This document shows, piece after piece, positions 39,867-50,343 of a stretch of DNA of 64,000 bases. The stretch comes from an uncultured delta proteobacterium. Its GTDB lineage: Bacteria; Myxococcota_A; Polyangia; Fen-1088. The notes beneath the pieces were generated by a model, which was not told the DNA's origin, searched no databases, and saw only the letters and a program-made list of their open reading frames with translations. The stretch lies in assembly GCA_963755125.1 (NCBI GenBank), contig CAVWIP010000008.1, positions 256,001 to 320,000 of the forward strand. Direction: 5' to 3'. Within the stretch, counting starts at the first letter, position 1. Each line of letters starts with the position of its first letter. Both the position numbers and the translations under genes were made by a program.

Positions 39867-41067
39867 CCCGCAGCGGCTCCAGCACAGCGGCGGGAAGGTT
39901 GCCCCGGTAAACCTGGCCGTCGACCAAGAAACTCGGCGTGCCCTCCAGCTTGAGTGCGATCCCGACCTCGACGTCGTTCTTGACGGCGGCCGCCCCTTCG
40001 CCTTTCATGCAGCGATCGAGCGCAGCGGGATCGAGCTTGAGGTCGGCCGCAATCTTCTCATCGGATTGCGTGTCGAGAAAGCCCGACGCATCGAAAAGGT
40101 AGTCGTTGGCTTCCCAGAAACGTCCGGCGCGGCCCGCGCACTCGGCGATGAGCGCGGCCCGGCAAGCGGTCTGGTGGAAGGGACGCTCGATGCTGCGGTT
40201 GCACGCCTGATCCAGGGGAAAGTGACGGTGAATGAGACGAACCCGATCGGGAAACTGCGCGACAATGTTGCGTAGCTGCGCGTGCGCTTGCCTGCAGAAG
40301 GGGCATTCGTAGTCGGAGAACTCGGTGATGGTCACGACAGGCTCGCGCGCGCCGATCCAGTGGCCGCCACCGGGCGCCTCGCCGCGGGACAGGCCTTCCA
40401 GCGCGAACGCTTTTCGCCCAGGACTCGTGCCGCGTCGCCAGTAGGGTGGAACCAGCGCGACAAGTCCCAGCGCCATGGCGCCGAGCAAGAGAAAAACCGC
40501 CAGGGTCTTGCCCGGACTTTCGCGAAGCAAGTGCCACGGCGCTGCGCCCACCTGAGGAAACCCGACGCCCGCTGCCTGCACCAAGACCAGGACCAAGAGC
40601 AGCAGGTTGATGCCATAGGTGGCGGCGCAGAGGATGCACAGGGCGTGCAGGCGGAAGGCCGAAATGGCGCCCAGCACGGCGCTGAGCGCGGCGAACGCGA
40701 CGAAAAGGTGCAGGCCACAGGCCGCAGTCAAGACGGTGCGCCGAGTGCGCAATCCCCAAACCGTGACGACCACCGCCAGCAGATAGCCGAAGATTCCCCA
40801 CAGTGCCGTGGGCACGCCCAGCAAGACCGAATAGGGGCTGCGGGCCACGCTGTCGCAGTTGAAGGTGCTGCCGCGGCCGCAGAAGCTGTGGAATCCGGCC
40901 TGGGTGTTGGCCTTGAAATGGATGTAGGCCAGGACTACCGAGACGAGCAGCCCGGCAAGAGACAGGACGAGCATGGCCCACCAGATCCCCTTGCGGCCCG
41001 GGGCCGAAGAGGTGGATTGGCTGATGTCGCCGGTCTTGTCCATGTGGCAGGAGCAAAGCCTTACCAC
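39844..41067 (-). CDS. VKOR-DsbA (thioredoxin) fusion
   Basis: VKOR loop Cys pair (FCG...NCDSV) and membrane CILC; DsbA SDYECPFC and GTPSF. Start may be 41043. Confidence 0.88.
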   Translation of the reverse strand: MVRLCSCHMDKTGDISQSTSSAPGRKGIWWAMLVLSLAGLLVSVVLAYIHFKANTQAGFHSFCGRGSTFNCDSVARSPYSVLLGVPTALWGIFGYLLAVVVTVWGLRTRRTVLTAACGLHLFVAFAALSAVLGAISAFRLHALCILCAATYGINLLLLVLVLVQAAGVGFPQVGAAPWHLLRESPGKTLAVFLLLGAMALGLVALVPPYWRRGTSPGRKAFALEGLSRGEAPGGGHWIGAREPVVTITEFSDYECPFCRQAHAQLRNIVAQFPDRVRLIHRHFPLDQACNRSIERPFHQTACRAALIAECAGRAGRFWEANDYLFDASGFLDTQSDEKIAADLKLDPAALDRCMKGEGAAAVKNDVEVGIALKLEGTPSFLVDGQVYRGNLPAAVLEPLRARPDAGK

Positions 41068-41112
41068 GATCTGCCGTCAATGAAACCGTTCGTCTATTCT
41101 GGCCTGCTGCTG

Positions 41113-43092
41113 TCAGAAGTAGCCCAGCAGTTCGGCGCGGGCCTCCCGGTATGATCCCACGGCATCGCCGACCAGGCGGATCTGGGCCCAGGTTGCAAGA
41201 TTGAACCCCTGCCCCACGCTGATGACCGGAGCGCGCCGACGGTCGCCCAAGAAGTAGTAGATGTAGCGGCCCTCGGCCGTGGTCTGGGAAAAGCGTCCGA
41301 GCCGCAGCACAGCGCCGGCAAAGCCGCCCGCGCCAATCCGGTAGTGATCGAAGAAGGGCGCGCCAGCAGCCAGATCCACGTCGGTGAGCAGGAAGAACAA
41401 GAATGGATGACCGAGCCGTAGCGAGATCCCACCGCCCGTGTTCAGGTTGCCATAGCTGCAGCGCACCCCCGCGCATCCCAGGTTGTGGGCCTGGTCGCCG
41501 CCTGCGCGAATCGTCCAGGCCGTTTTGGGAATCCATCTGTCGTAGCCCGACACGGAAAGAATGTTGAGCAAATCGAGGCGTTCCGGGAACAGGCGGTGGG
41601 TTGCGTTTTGGAACCGGATGCGGACCTGTCCCATCTCCAGCTCGGCATCGTCGAGATAGCCGCGCGACGGGTCCAGAAAATCATGGAGGGCCAGGCGCAG
41701 CGAGATCTCCTCGAAGGCGGCGTGCTGGAGGCTGGCCAGGCCGCCCGCCAAGCCCAGGCGCAGCGACCGGTGGCCGGTCTCCGGGGCGTCGCTGGCAGGC
41801 TGCACGGCGCTTTCCAGGGGCGGAACGCCAGTGCGGCCACGCAGGATGAGCAACTCGCGTTCCTTGCGCAAGAACTCGGGCGAAGGGTCCTTGGTCAGAC
41901 CCTCGCGAAAACGCAAGAGGTCGTAGGCGGCATCGATGATGCGCGCCTGACGCTCCCTCGGCCAGTCGGCGATCAACCCCTGCGCCTCGCGCCCGCGCTT
42001 GGTCAAGGCCTCGGCGGCTTTGATCTCGCTGCCTGTCATGTGCGACTTGCGATTCAGGATCTGGGCCCGCAGCGACGGCCGCACCGTGCGACCCTTGACC
42101 AGGCCGGCAACCGACAGGACCGCGCGCAGGGTATCCGCCGGGATGACCGGGCCATGAAAACGCTCGGAGAGCCGCAGACCGGGATCGGCGACCTCGAGAA
42201 GCTCAAGCAAGAAGTACGAACAGTTCTCGGTCAAGAAGTAGTAGTTAAAGTGGGTGCTGCGGGTTTCCCAGGTATGCTCCACCAGGCGCTCGGTCTGCAT
42301 CTGGTCCAGCGCCAACTCGTACTCCCACAGGTCGCGACTCTCGATGTTCGAGTATTCCTGGATCTTCACGTAGTAGGGCATCACATAGAAGTGGCCAGCG
42401 AAGCCCCCGAACAGGCCTTTCCATGCGTAGACGAAGCCATTCTTGGTGTTTTCCTCGGCAGCGAAATTGACGATGTAGTCAATGAGGCGGTTGCCCTCGC
42501 CGGTGCGTCGGGTGAGGCGCAGGAAGGTGTGGCCGTACATGGAGGCCGGGCTGTTGATGTAGGCCGCCGAGTAGATGAACCCGACCTTCTCCGGCGCGAT
42601 GGCCTGGCGCCAGCCGGCGAAGAGCGGGCAAGACTGCTCAGGCAGGCGCGTGGTATCGATGGCCAGTTCCTGCTTCAGCCACGACCAACGCGCGGGGAAG
42701 CGGCACTGAGCGTGCTGGCCCGCCTCGTCGTCGGGCGGTACTGGCTTGGCGGACGCGGAGAAGGCAACCAGGGTGGCCATCAGCTCGGCCTCGGGATCGG
42801 TCTCACCCGCAGAACCCGCCAGGAAGAAACCGGGGCCGTCAGCGCTGCTGCGCCACCCGCCAAACAGGGTGCGGTGATAGTGCAGCAGAACCTGCCACAT
42901 GCGCGTGCGCGCCAGCCCTTGCGTGCGCGCCCGTGCCTGTAACTCGCTCAGATAGGACTGGTCGGCCGAGGCAGGCGAGGCGCACAGACCGACGCTCAGA
43001 CAGACAAGTAGCCGCCCGAAAAACACAACGTCCCGGCGCTCCACTGGGGAACGCCGGGACGAACGGTCGTTCAAAGTGCTTGAGACAGACAA
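41113..43092 (-). CDS. DUF4105 (Lnb-like) secreted/outer-membrane protein
   Basis: W..LLHY, CRFPAR..WL, SPASMYGHTFLR, EY...ESRDLWEY.L, YYF..ENCSY; C-terminal beta-barrel-like end. Start uncertain. Confidence 0.8.
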   Translation of the reverse strand: MSVSSTLNDRSSRRSPVERRDVVFFGRLLVCLSVGLCASPASADQSYLSELQARARTQGLARTRMWQVLLHYHRTLFGGWRSSADGPGFFLAGSAGETDPEAELMATLVAFSASAKPVPPDDEAGQHAQCRFPARWSWLKQELAIDTTRLPEQSCPLFAGWRQAIAPEKVGFIYSAAYINSPASMYGHTFLRLTRRTGEGNRLIDYIVNFAAEENTKNGFVYAWKGLFGGFAGHFYVMPYYVKIQEYSNIESRDLWEYELALDQMQTERLVEHTWETRSTHFNYYFLTENCSYFLLELLEVADPGLRLSERFHGPVIPADTLRAVLSVAGLVKGRTVRPSLRAQILNRKSHMTGSEIKAAEALTKRGREAQGLIADWPRERQARIIDAAYDLLRFREGLTKDPSPEFLRKERELLILRGRTGVPPLESAVQPASDAPETGHRSLRLGLAGGLASLQHAAFEEISLRLALHDFLDPSRGYLDDAELEMGQVRIRFQNATHRLFPERLDLLNILSVSGYDRWIPKTAWTIRAGGDQAHNLGCAGVRCSYGNLNTGGGISLRLGHPFLFFLLTDVDLAAGAPFFDHYRIGAGGFAGAVLRLGRFSQTTAEGRYIYYFLGDRRRAPVISVGQGFNLATWAQIRLVGDAVGSYREARAELLGYF

Positions 43093-43632
43093 CTAGCGCT
43101 TGGCCAGGGTCATCGGCCTGCCCTCGGCACGGGCAATCGCGCGCGCGTCGGTGCAGGTGGCCGCCAGCGACGGCGACGCCTTGATCTGCTGCTTGACGCT
43201 GATGAGCATCTGAATGGGCGTTGTCGACGGGCTGGGCACCAGCACCTCAAGCTTGTCCTGGGTCATCTTGGCAAAGCCAGGCTTGGCCGAATCCTCGCAG
43301 CCGAGCAGCGTAGCAAAGGAGGTTAGGTACTCGCCGCCACCCGCGGCCATGTTGCCCTTGAGGTCCTGGAAGTTGACCTCGGCAAACGCGGCCTGCTCAC
43401 GCTCGGCCTTGACCACGCCCGCGCTGACGCAGTTTGAAGTCCCGGACGTGATGCCGAAGGTCTGACTGGCGAACGTACCATTGGTGGTGGCCGCGAGAAT
43501 CTGCTTGAGCGCCCCGTTGTCGTTCCCGAAAATCAACGAGCCAAGGCCGCAGCCAGCCATTCCGTACTGCGCATGAGCCGTGCCCGCGATGAGCAACACA
43601 AAGGCCCCAAGTCCGAGTGCTAGTCTCTTCAT
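43093..43632 (-). CDS. DUF3015 family secreted protein
   Basis: Signal peptide; YGMAGCGLGS, AATTNGT..SQTFGITSGTSNC, G.GEYL....LLGC; RBS GGAGGA. Confidence 0.85.
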   Translation of the reverse strand: MKRLALGLGAFVLLIAGTAHAQYGMAGCGLGSLIFGNDNGALKQILAATTNGTFASQTFGITSGTSNCVSAGVVKAEREQAAFAEVNFQDLKGNMAAGGGEYLTSFATLLGCEDSAKPGFAKMTQDKLEVLVPSPSTTPIQMLISVKQQIKASPSLAATCTDARAIARAEGRPMTLAKR

Positions 43633-43729
43633 TGCTTCGTCTCCTCCGTTTGTCTTGCCTCCGCATTCGGACGATCCACCGCGGACCGTCGCACCTCCAT
43701 GCGGTGCGCTGATTGTACAGAAAGCCGTC

Positions 43730-44287
43730 CTACATGCAATCGCCGATTGCCAAGGGGTAGCTCTCGACAATCTCGTGCAGCGCACCCTCGGGGCGCAGGG
43801 TGCTGCGGTACAGGTGAAAGTCACTCACTACGAAGCGGCTGCTGTCGAAACCGGCATGCTCGGCCAGAAAGCGGTCGAGGTCATGGCGTGGCCGGGTAGG
43901 AAAACGGGCCAGAGTCAAGTGAGGGGAGAAACCACGCTTGGCCGTGTCGGGGTCAGGGCCAAGCACACCATCCACCGCACATTTGAGAGCGCGCAGTGGC
44001 TCGGGCGGATCGATACCGAGCCACAAGACCCGCGCCGGCTTGCGCGCGCCAGCCGGCGGAAACACGCCCACGCCTCGCAGCGCAAGCTCGAAGCGTGGCA
44101 CACGAATCTGGCGCAGATGCGCCCGCATGTCAGCAAGCAAGCCCTCTGGCGTGTCGCCGAGGAAACGCAGGGTGATGTGCAACTGCTCGGGCCGCGTCCA
44201 GCGCGCGCCGCCTATGCCCTGGCACAGACGCACGACCTTGGGCCGAAGCTCCGCTGGCAAGTCCACCGCGATGAATAGCCTCAACAT
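43730..44287 (-). CDS. thpR: RNA 2',3'-cyclic phosphodiesterase (2H family)
   Basis: RLFIAV, LHITLRFLG, PHLTLAR, LYRSTL...GA.H. Confidence 0.92.
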   Translation of the reverse strand: MLRLFIAVDLPAELRPKVVRLCQGIGGARWTRPEQLHITLRFLGDTPEGLLADMRAHLRQIRVPRFELALRGVGVFPPAGARKPARVLWLGIDPPEPLRALKCAVDGVLGPDPDTAKRGFSPHLTLARFPTRPRHDLDRFLAEHAGFDSSRFVVSDFHLYRSTLRPEGALHEIVESYPLAIGDCM

Positions 44288-44291
44288 GAGG

Positions 44292-45764
44292 TCAGGCCTG
44301 GGCCACGGCTTCCCGCCAGCGAGACAGGATACGGTCGCGCTCGCTGGCGGGCATACGAGGATGAAAGACTGTCGCGCCGGAGTCGGTCGCATCCTTGGGC
44401 TGGATGTCCAGACCCACGCCCTCGGCCGCCAGCCGTGCCGCCCCCAGTGCAGTCAGCTCGACCTGCGCAGGTCGTACGATGTCGGTGCCGAGCAGGTCGG
44501 CCTGGATCTGCATGAGCAGGTTGTTGGCCGTGGCGCCGCCGTCCACGCGCAAGCCGGTCAGCACGCGGCCCGCATCTTGTTCCATGGCGCGAACCAGATC
44601 GACGTTCTGCAAGGCCATGGCCTGCAAGGCCGCACGGGCGATATGCGCCGCCCGGGTACCGCGCGTGAGGCCCAAGATCGCGCCGCGTGCTTCCGAGCGC
44701 CAGTGGGGCGCGCCCAGCCCGGCCAAGGCCGGCACAATGGTCACGCCCCCGTCGTCGGGCACCGAGGCGGCCAGTCCCTCGCTTTCGGCCGCCTGCCTGA
44801 TGATGCCCAGCCCGTCGCGCAGCCATTGAATCAACGCGCCTGAGACAAAAGCGCTTCCCTCGAGCGCGTAGGCCGTGTCCGCGGCAGTCTGCCATGCCAC
44901 TGTGCCGAGCAGTCGATGGCGCGACAGCACGGGCCGCGGGCCCACGTTCATGAGCAGGAACGAGCCCGTGCCAAAGGTGCACTTGGCGTCCCCGGGCCGC
45001 AGGCACTGTTGGCCGAAGAGCGCAGCTTGCTGATCGCCCGCTGCCGCAGCCAGAAGGATGCCGTCGGGGATCCCACCTGCGCCACGGATGACCGCCAGCC
45101 GCCCCGAGGACGGACCCACCTGGGGCAAAATCGCGGCCGGCACGCCGAAGATGCGACACATCTCGGGGCTCCACTGCAGACTCTCCAGGTCAAGAAGCGA
45201 CGTGCGCGAGGCATTGGACACGTCGGTCACATGGACCTGTCCGCCTGTCAGGCGCCAGATGAGGAAGCTGTCGACTGTGCCGAACGCGATCTCGCCCGCC
45301 TCGGCCCGGCGCCGCAGATCAGGTGTGTGATCCAGCAGCCAGGCGATCTTGCTGGCCGAGAAATACGGGTCGAGCAGCAGACCGGTCCGCTGGCGCACCA
45401 GTGGCTCAAGTCCCTCGGCGCGCAGCCGGTCGCACATCTCGGCGGTGCGGCGGTCCTGCCAGACGATCGCCGGTGCGACCGGCCGGCCCGTCGCACGATC
45501 CCAGAGCACTGTGGTTTCTCGCTGGTTGGTGATGCCAATGGCCGCAATCTCGAACGACCCGGCATGGGCGCACGCTTGCGCAAAGGCCGTCAGCACCGAC
45601 TGCCATATCGCCTCGGGATCATGTTCCACCTGCCCAGGCTGGGGGTAGCTCTGCGGAATCTCACAATAGCCGCGACCGAGGAGTGCGAGGCGCTGGTCGA
45701 GCACCAGCACGGTCGTTCCAGTCGTGCCCTGGTCGATGCCCACTATGACGGGACTGCGTTTCAT
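44292..45764 (-). CDS. glpK: Glycerol kinase
   Basis: [62 protein letters not shown]. Confidence 0.96.
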   Translation of the reverse strand: MKRSPVIVGIDQGTTGTTVLVLDQRLALLGRGYCEIPQSYPQPGQVEHDPEAIWQSVLTAFAQACAHAGSFEIAAIGITNQRETTVLWDRATGRPVAPAIVWQDRRTAEMCDRLRAEGLEPLVRQRTGLLLDPYFSASKIAWLLDHTPDLRRRAEAGEIAFGTVDSFLIWRLTGGQVHVTDVSNASRTSLLDLESLQWSPEMCRIFGVPAAILPQVGPSSGRLAVIRGAGGIPDGILLAAAAGDQQAALFGQQCLRPGDAKCTFGTGSFLLMNVGPRPVLSRHRLLGTVAWQTAADTAYALEGSAFVSGALIQWLRDGLGIIRQAAESEGLAASVPDDGGVTIVPALAGLGAPHWRSEARGAILGLTRGTRAAHIARAALQAMALQNVDLVRAMEQDAGRVLTGLRVDGGATANNLLMQIQADLLGTDIVRPAQVELTALGAARLAAEGVGLDIQPKDATDSGATVFHPRMPASERDRILSRWREAVAQA

Positions 45765-45881
45765 GGATCGGATTATCAATCGAAGAAGGCGGCCGAACCT
45801 AGCGGAAATACTCGGGTTCGTGATACGATGAGATCTCGGTCCTCGTCTGATGTCATGCAACGGCTACACCCCTGAGGTTCC

Positions 45882-47366
45882 ATGCGGCGCGTGCTAGTGG
45901 TGGATGACGAAGAGAACCTTCGCCACATGCTGCAGACCCTGCTCAAACGGGAAGGCTACGAGCCCGTGGGTGTTGCCTCGGTCGACAGTGCTCTGCGCGA
46001 GCTTGAAACCCTGCCCTACGACATCATCATCACCGATCTGCGCATGCCAGGTCGCAGCGGCATGGATCTGGTGGATGAAGTACGCCGACGCGGCCTGGAT
46101 GCCACCGTGGTCGTGATGACGGCTTTCGGAAGCAAGGACGTCGCCATCGAAGCCATGAAGCGCGGGGCATACGACTATCTGTCCAAGCCTTTCGAGGCGG
46201 ACGAGTTGGTCTTGCTCCTGCGCAAGGCCGAGGAACGCGAGCGCCTCTACCGCGAGAACCGGAGTCTGGCCCGCCAGGTTCGCACTGGCGTGGAGGAACC
46301 CGAGGGAACCTTCGGCGATTTGATAGCGCGCAGCCCACAGATGCTCGAACTGTTCCGCACAGTACGCAAGATCGCTGAGTTCAAGACGACGGTGCTCATC
46401 GAGGGTGAATCAGGAACCGGCAAGGAACTGGTGGCGTGCGCCATTCATAGCAGTTCGCCGCGTGCGCGCGCGGCCTTCATCGCGGTGAACTGCGGGGCCA
46501 TCCCGGAAAACTTGCTCGAATCCGAGCTGTTCGGCCACCGCAAGGGTGCGTTCACGGATGCCAACCGAGATCGCAAGGGCCTGTTCGAAGAGGCCTCGGG
46601 GGGAACACTTTTCCTCGACGAGATCGGTGAATTGCCGCTCAACCTGCAGGTCAAGCTGTTGCGCGTGCTGCAAGAGGGAGAGATCCGCCGCTTGGGCGAC
46701 AGCCAGGACACCAGGGTCGACGTCCGCGTCGTCGCAGCCACCGCGCGCGACCTGGCCGACGAGGTGAGGCGGGGCGCGTTCCGCGAGGATCTGTATTACC
46801 GGCTGAATGTCTTTGCCTTGCACTTGCCGGCCCTGCGTGACCGGCGTGAGGACATCCCGCTGCTGGTGGCGCACTTCCTGACCCGCATGAACACCCGCAT
46901 GGGTCTCGCCATCACGGGGGTCACAGCCGAGGCGATGCGCCTTCTCGCCGCGTATGACTGGCCGGGAAACGTCCGGGAACTGGAGAACACCGTCGAGCGC
47001 GCCATCGTGCTGGCGGAAGGCAGCGAGATTGACGTTGATTCTCTTCCGGAGCGGGTGCGCGTTGCGGGCCCGGGGACGACCGCCGCCCAGCCCGCGGTCG
47101 AGGACGGCGATCTGTCAATCAAGAGAGCGTCGCGCCGTTCCGAGGAGACACTCATACGCCGCGCCCTGGAGCGCACCAAGGGCAATCGGACCAGAGCCGC
47201 CGAGTTGCTGGAGATCAGTCACCGGGCTCTTCTCTATAAGATCAGGGAGTACGGGATCGTTGCCGGACGGGACAGCCGAGTCTACGCTGCATACGGACGT
47301 GATAACGAACAAACACCGTCCCCGGTCACGCCGATGCCAGTGGGCTCAACTTTGAAGGCAAAATGA
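45882..47366 (+). CDS. Sigma54-dependent response regulator upstream of pilM (PilR2-like position)
   Basis: Receiver domain, [27 protein letters not shown]. Confidence 0.9.
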   Translation: MRRVLVVDDEENLRHMLQTLLKREGYEPVGVASVDSALRELETLPYDIIITDLRMPGRSGMDLVDEVRRRGLDATVVVMTAFGSKDVAIEAMKRGAYDYLSKPFEADELVLLLRKAEERERLYRENRSLARQVRTGVEEPEGTFGDLIARSPQMLELFRTVRKIAEFKTTVLIEGESGTGKELVACAIHSSSPRARAAFIAVNCGAIPENLLESELFGHRKGAFTDANRDRKGLFEEASGGTLFLDEIGELPLNLQVKLLRVLQEGEIRRLGDSQDTRVDVRVVAATARDLADEVRRGAFREDLYYRLNVFALHLPALRDRREDIPLLVAHFLTRMNTRMGLAITGVTAEAMRLLAAYDWPGNVRELENTVERAIVLAEGSEIDVDSLPERVRVAGPGTTAAQPAVEDGDLSIKRASRRSEETLIRRALERTKGNRTRAAELLEISHRALLYKIREYGIVAGRDSRVYAAYGRDNEQTPSPVTPMPVGSTLKAK

Positions 47367-47476
47367 ACGATGAGAATAGGCTGGAGGGGATGAGAGTTTT
47401 TTTGACCTTTTTCGCAGATGCCCCACCATGTAGGTGAAGATAGGGGAATGAAGGCAACCATCCAAAGACTCCCCCG

Positions 47477-48535
47477 ATGCCAAAAAATTGCATAGGCCTC
47501 GATATCGGTTCTAGTTCCGTGAAGGTCGTCCAGATCAAGGAGACCTCCAAGGGCCTTCAACTGATCAACTTCGGATTCGAGCCGCTGCCAGCGCAGACCA
47601 TCGTCGACGGCGCGATCATGAACCAGACTGCCGTAGTCGAGGCCATCAAGACGCTACGTGACAACCTTGGCATCAAGGGCAAGGAAGTGGCCACAGCCAT
47701 CTCCGGACACTCCGTCATCATCAAGAAGATCAAGGTGCCGCCCATGACACCCGAGGAATTGGAGGAGCAGATTCCCTGGGAAGCCGAGCACCACATCCCC
47801 TTCTCTAAGGATGACGTGGAGATTGATCACCAGTTGGTGGGCAGCGAGGGTGGCGCCGGGGGCCAGATGGAGCTTCTGCTGGTTGCGGCCAAGAAAGAGG
47901 TCGTCTCCGACTACAGCATGGTCATTCGCGAGGCCAAGTTGCAGCCCATGATCATGGATGTGGCCGCCTTCACCATCCAAAATGCCTACGAAGCCAACTA
48001 TCCGGTGGTCCCCGAAGAGGCGGTCGCCATCATCAACGTCGGTGCCACCCTCTGCAACATCAACATCGTGGCCGGTGGAACCAGCGCCTTTACCCGCGAC
48101 GTGACCGTGGGTGGCAACGCGTTCACCGAGGAGATTCAAAAGCGTCTCAACGTCAGCCAGGAAGAAGCCGAGGCGTGGAAGATCGGCTCCACCGGCGACG
48201 GTGCCGGTGAGGTGGTTCCCCAGGAGGTGGAGGCGGTCATTGCATCGGTGGCAGATAGCGTAGCCGGCAAGTTCCAGCGCTCGCTCGACTTCTACCTGGC
48301 GGCCAGCAGCGACGCGCGCATCACCAAGATCTACTTGTGCGGTGGCTCCGCCAAGGTGCCAGCTTTGCAACGCGCTCTTGAGGAGAAGGCGCGGACCCAG
48401 GTCGAAGTGATGGATCCCTTCCGCAAGATCACGGTGGACGAACACAAGTTCGACATGGCCTTTGTTCAGCAACACGCAGCCGAGGCCGCAGTGGCGGTGG
48501 GCCTGGCCTTGCGCCGCCCGGGGGACAAACAGTGA
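47477..48535 (+). CDS. pilM: Type IV pilus assembly protein PilM
   Basis: IGLDIGSSSVKVV actin-like fold, EAE.HIPF, GG..FT..I, LCGG.A, AVGLALR. Confidence 0.96.
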   Translation: MPKNCIGLDIGSSSVKVVQIKETSKGLQLINFGFEPLPAQTIVDGAIMNQTAVVEAIKTLRDNLGIKGKEVATAISGHSVIIKKIKVPPMTPEELEEQIPWEAEHHIPFSKDDVEIDHQLVGSEGGAGGQMELLLVAAKKEVVSDYSMVIREAKLQPMIMDVAAFTIQNAYEANYPVVPEEAVAIINVGATLCNINIVAGGTSAFTRDVTVGGNAFTEEIQKRLNVSQEEAEAWKIGSTGDGAGEVVPQEVEAVIASVADSVAGKFQRSLDFYLAASSDARITKIYLCGGSAKVPALQRALEEKARTQVEVMDPFRKITVDEHKFDMAFVQQHAAEAAVAVGLALRRPGDKQ

Positions 48536-49161
48536 TTCGCATCAACCTGCTTCCCATCAGGAAGGTCAAGCGGGCCGAGGCCAGCCAGCGCCAATTCCTT
48601 TATATGGGCGTGGCTATCGTGGCCACCGTGTGTGGGGTTGTCTTTGTGCACTTGCAGGCGGCCGGCCAGCTGGAGGACAACAAGCGCAGAAACACCATAC
48701 TCCAGGCGGACGTAGCCCGCATGAAGCAAGAAATCGGCGACTACGACAAGGTCCGCGCTCAGCGAGAAGAACTGCTGCGGCAGCGAAAGACCATTCAGGC
48801 GCTGGATGCGGGGCGGAACGGGCCGGTCTATTTGCTACGCGAGATGTCCGAGCTTTTGAGCCCGGGCAAGGGGCCGACTTTCGACCGTGTCACCTATGAA
48901 GAGACGCTACGGCGTGATCCCAACGCCGGGTTCAACGCAGGCTGGGATCCGCGGCGGGTGTGGGTCGAGGGCTATGCCGAGGACCAGCAGCACGTCAAGA
49001 TCCGAGGCGCGGCAAAGTCGAACGAAGACGTAGCCGAGTTCCTCAAACGCCTCAACTCTTCCGTCTTTTTCAGCGACGTGAACCTGGATGCGACCACCCA
49101 GATGTCGGGGCGCGGGATCAAGTTCGTAAGTTTCAGCCTCTCAGCCAACGTGATCTACTGA
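48532..49161 (+). CDS. pilN: Type IV pilus assembly protein PilN
   Basis: MIRINLLP, TM helix, coiled coil. Confidence 0.93.
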   Translation: MIRINLLPIRKVKRAEASQRQFLYMGVAIVATVCGVVFVHLQAAGQLEDNKRRNTILQADVARMKQEIGDYDKVRAQREELLRQRKTIQALDAGRNGPVYLLREMSELLSPGKGPTFDRVTYEETLRRDPNAGFNAGWDPRRVWVEGYAEDQQHVKIRGAAKSNEDVAEFLKRLNSSVFFSDVNLDATTQMSGRGIKFVSFSLSANVIY

Positions 49162-49162
49162 C

Positions 49163-49759
49163 ATGAACGATATTCTGCAAAAACTGCTGCGACTCAAGAC
49201 GCCGGCAAAGATCGCCGCCACGGCAGGTCTCGTCGTGCTGATCGTGGTCGTCTACTATATGTTGTTCTACATGGATCTGCAGGATCAGATCAAAGGCAGC
49301 GAGGCGCAGCAGCGCAGCCTTACCGCCGAGAAGGCAGACTACGAGAAGCGCAAGAAAGAGTACCTGGCCTATCGAAACGAGCTAACCCAGCTGCAGCAAG
49401 AGCAGCGCGAGCTACTCAAGGCCCTGCCCAAGCGGGCGGAGATTCCCACATTCCTTTCCAGCATCCAGGAACAGGCAGAGCTTGCGGGCTTGGAGGTTCT
49501 CAATCTGTCCATTGAGGCGGAATCACCCGCCGAGTTGTATGTCCGCATCCCGGTTCGCCTTGAGATCCGCGGCACCTATCACACCATTACGAAGTTCTTC
49601 AAAAACGTCGCGGATCTTCCCCGCATCGTGAACGTCGAGAACCTGGCCTTGACTCTGGAGAAAGCCAGCGACGAGTCGGGTTCACCTCGGCTACACGCCA
49701 AGTTCTACGCGGTGACCTTCCGCTACAACGACCAGTCCGAAACCGGAGGGGGAACATGA
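49163..49759 (+). CDS. pilO: Type IV pilus assembly protein PilO
   Basis: TM helix, LP...EIP..L, G.YH....FF..V..LPRIVN. Confidence 0.93.
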   Translation: MNDILQKLLRLKTPAKIAATAGLVVLIVVVYYMLFYMDLQDQIKGSEAQQRSLTAEKADYEKRKKEYLAYRNELTQLQQEQRELLKALPKRAEIPTFLSSIQEQAELAGLEVLNLSIEAESPAELYVRIPVRLEIRGTYHTITKFFKNVADLPRIVNVENLALTLEKASDESGSPRLHAKFYAVTFRYNDQSETGGGT

Positions 49760-50343
49760 GGCGGACCAGGCTGGCGCTCTTCCTTCTTGTCGGCTTTGTT
49801 CTCGCGCCCTGGGGCGACTTTTCAGTTGCGCGCGCAGCCCCTCCCAAGCCGCCAGCCAAGCCCGCCCCGGGTGGCAAACCCGCGGCTGCAGCCGCGCCAA
49901 CCGCCGCCACGTCCGCAACGGCGGAGGCCCTGCAGCAGCGACTGGCCATCCTGCGCAGAAAAGTCCTGCGCGACGAGGATTTCAACGAGACTGACGACGC
50001 AAATCGAGATCCATTTCGGTCCTTTACCGGGATCTTCAGCGAGCGAAATCCCCGGGCAACCCTCATGCAGCAGGTTCCGGCTATCTTCGGGAAGTTTGCT
50101 CTCGAAGAGCTGACCTTGATTGCCGTGATCAGCGGCGACGCAAACCCACGCGCCATGTTCCGAGATCCCAGTGGCCTCGGACAGGTGATCAAACGAGGCG
50201 ACTATGTTTCCAAATCCTCCGCACGTGTCACGAAGATCCTGTCCGACCGCGTGGTGTTGGAGTTGGCGGAAATCACGTCGGGCGGCGAAACCAGAGCTTT
50301 GGAGAAAGCCATTCTGGTCAATCCAGAGGGGGCAGAGAAATGA
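49756..50343 (+). CDS. pilP: Type IV pilus assembly protein PilP
   Basis: RDPF, L..L.LIAVI.G...P.AM..DP.G.G..I..G; position in operon. Confidence 0.85.
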   Translation: MRRTRLALFLLVGFVLAPWGDFSVARAAPPKPPAKPAPGGKPAAAAAPTAATSATAEALQQRLAILRRKVLRDEDFNETDDANRDPFRSFTGIFSERNPRATLMQQVPAIFGKFALEELTLIAVISGDANPRAMFRDPSGLGQVIKRGDYVSKSSARVTKILSDRVVLELAEITSGGETRALEKAILVNPEGAEK

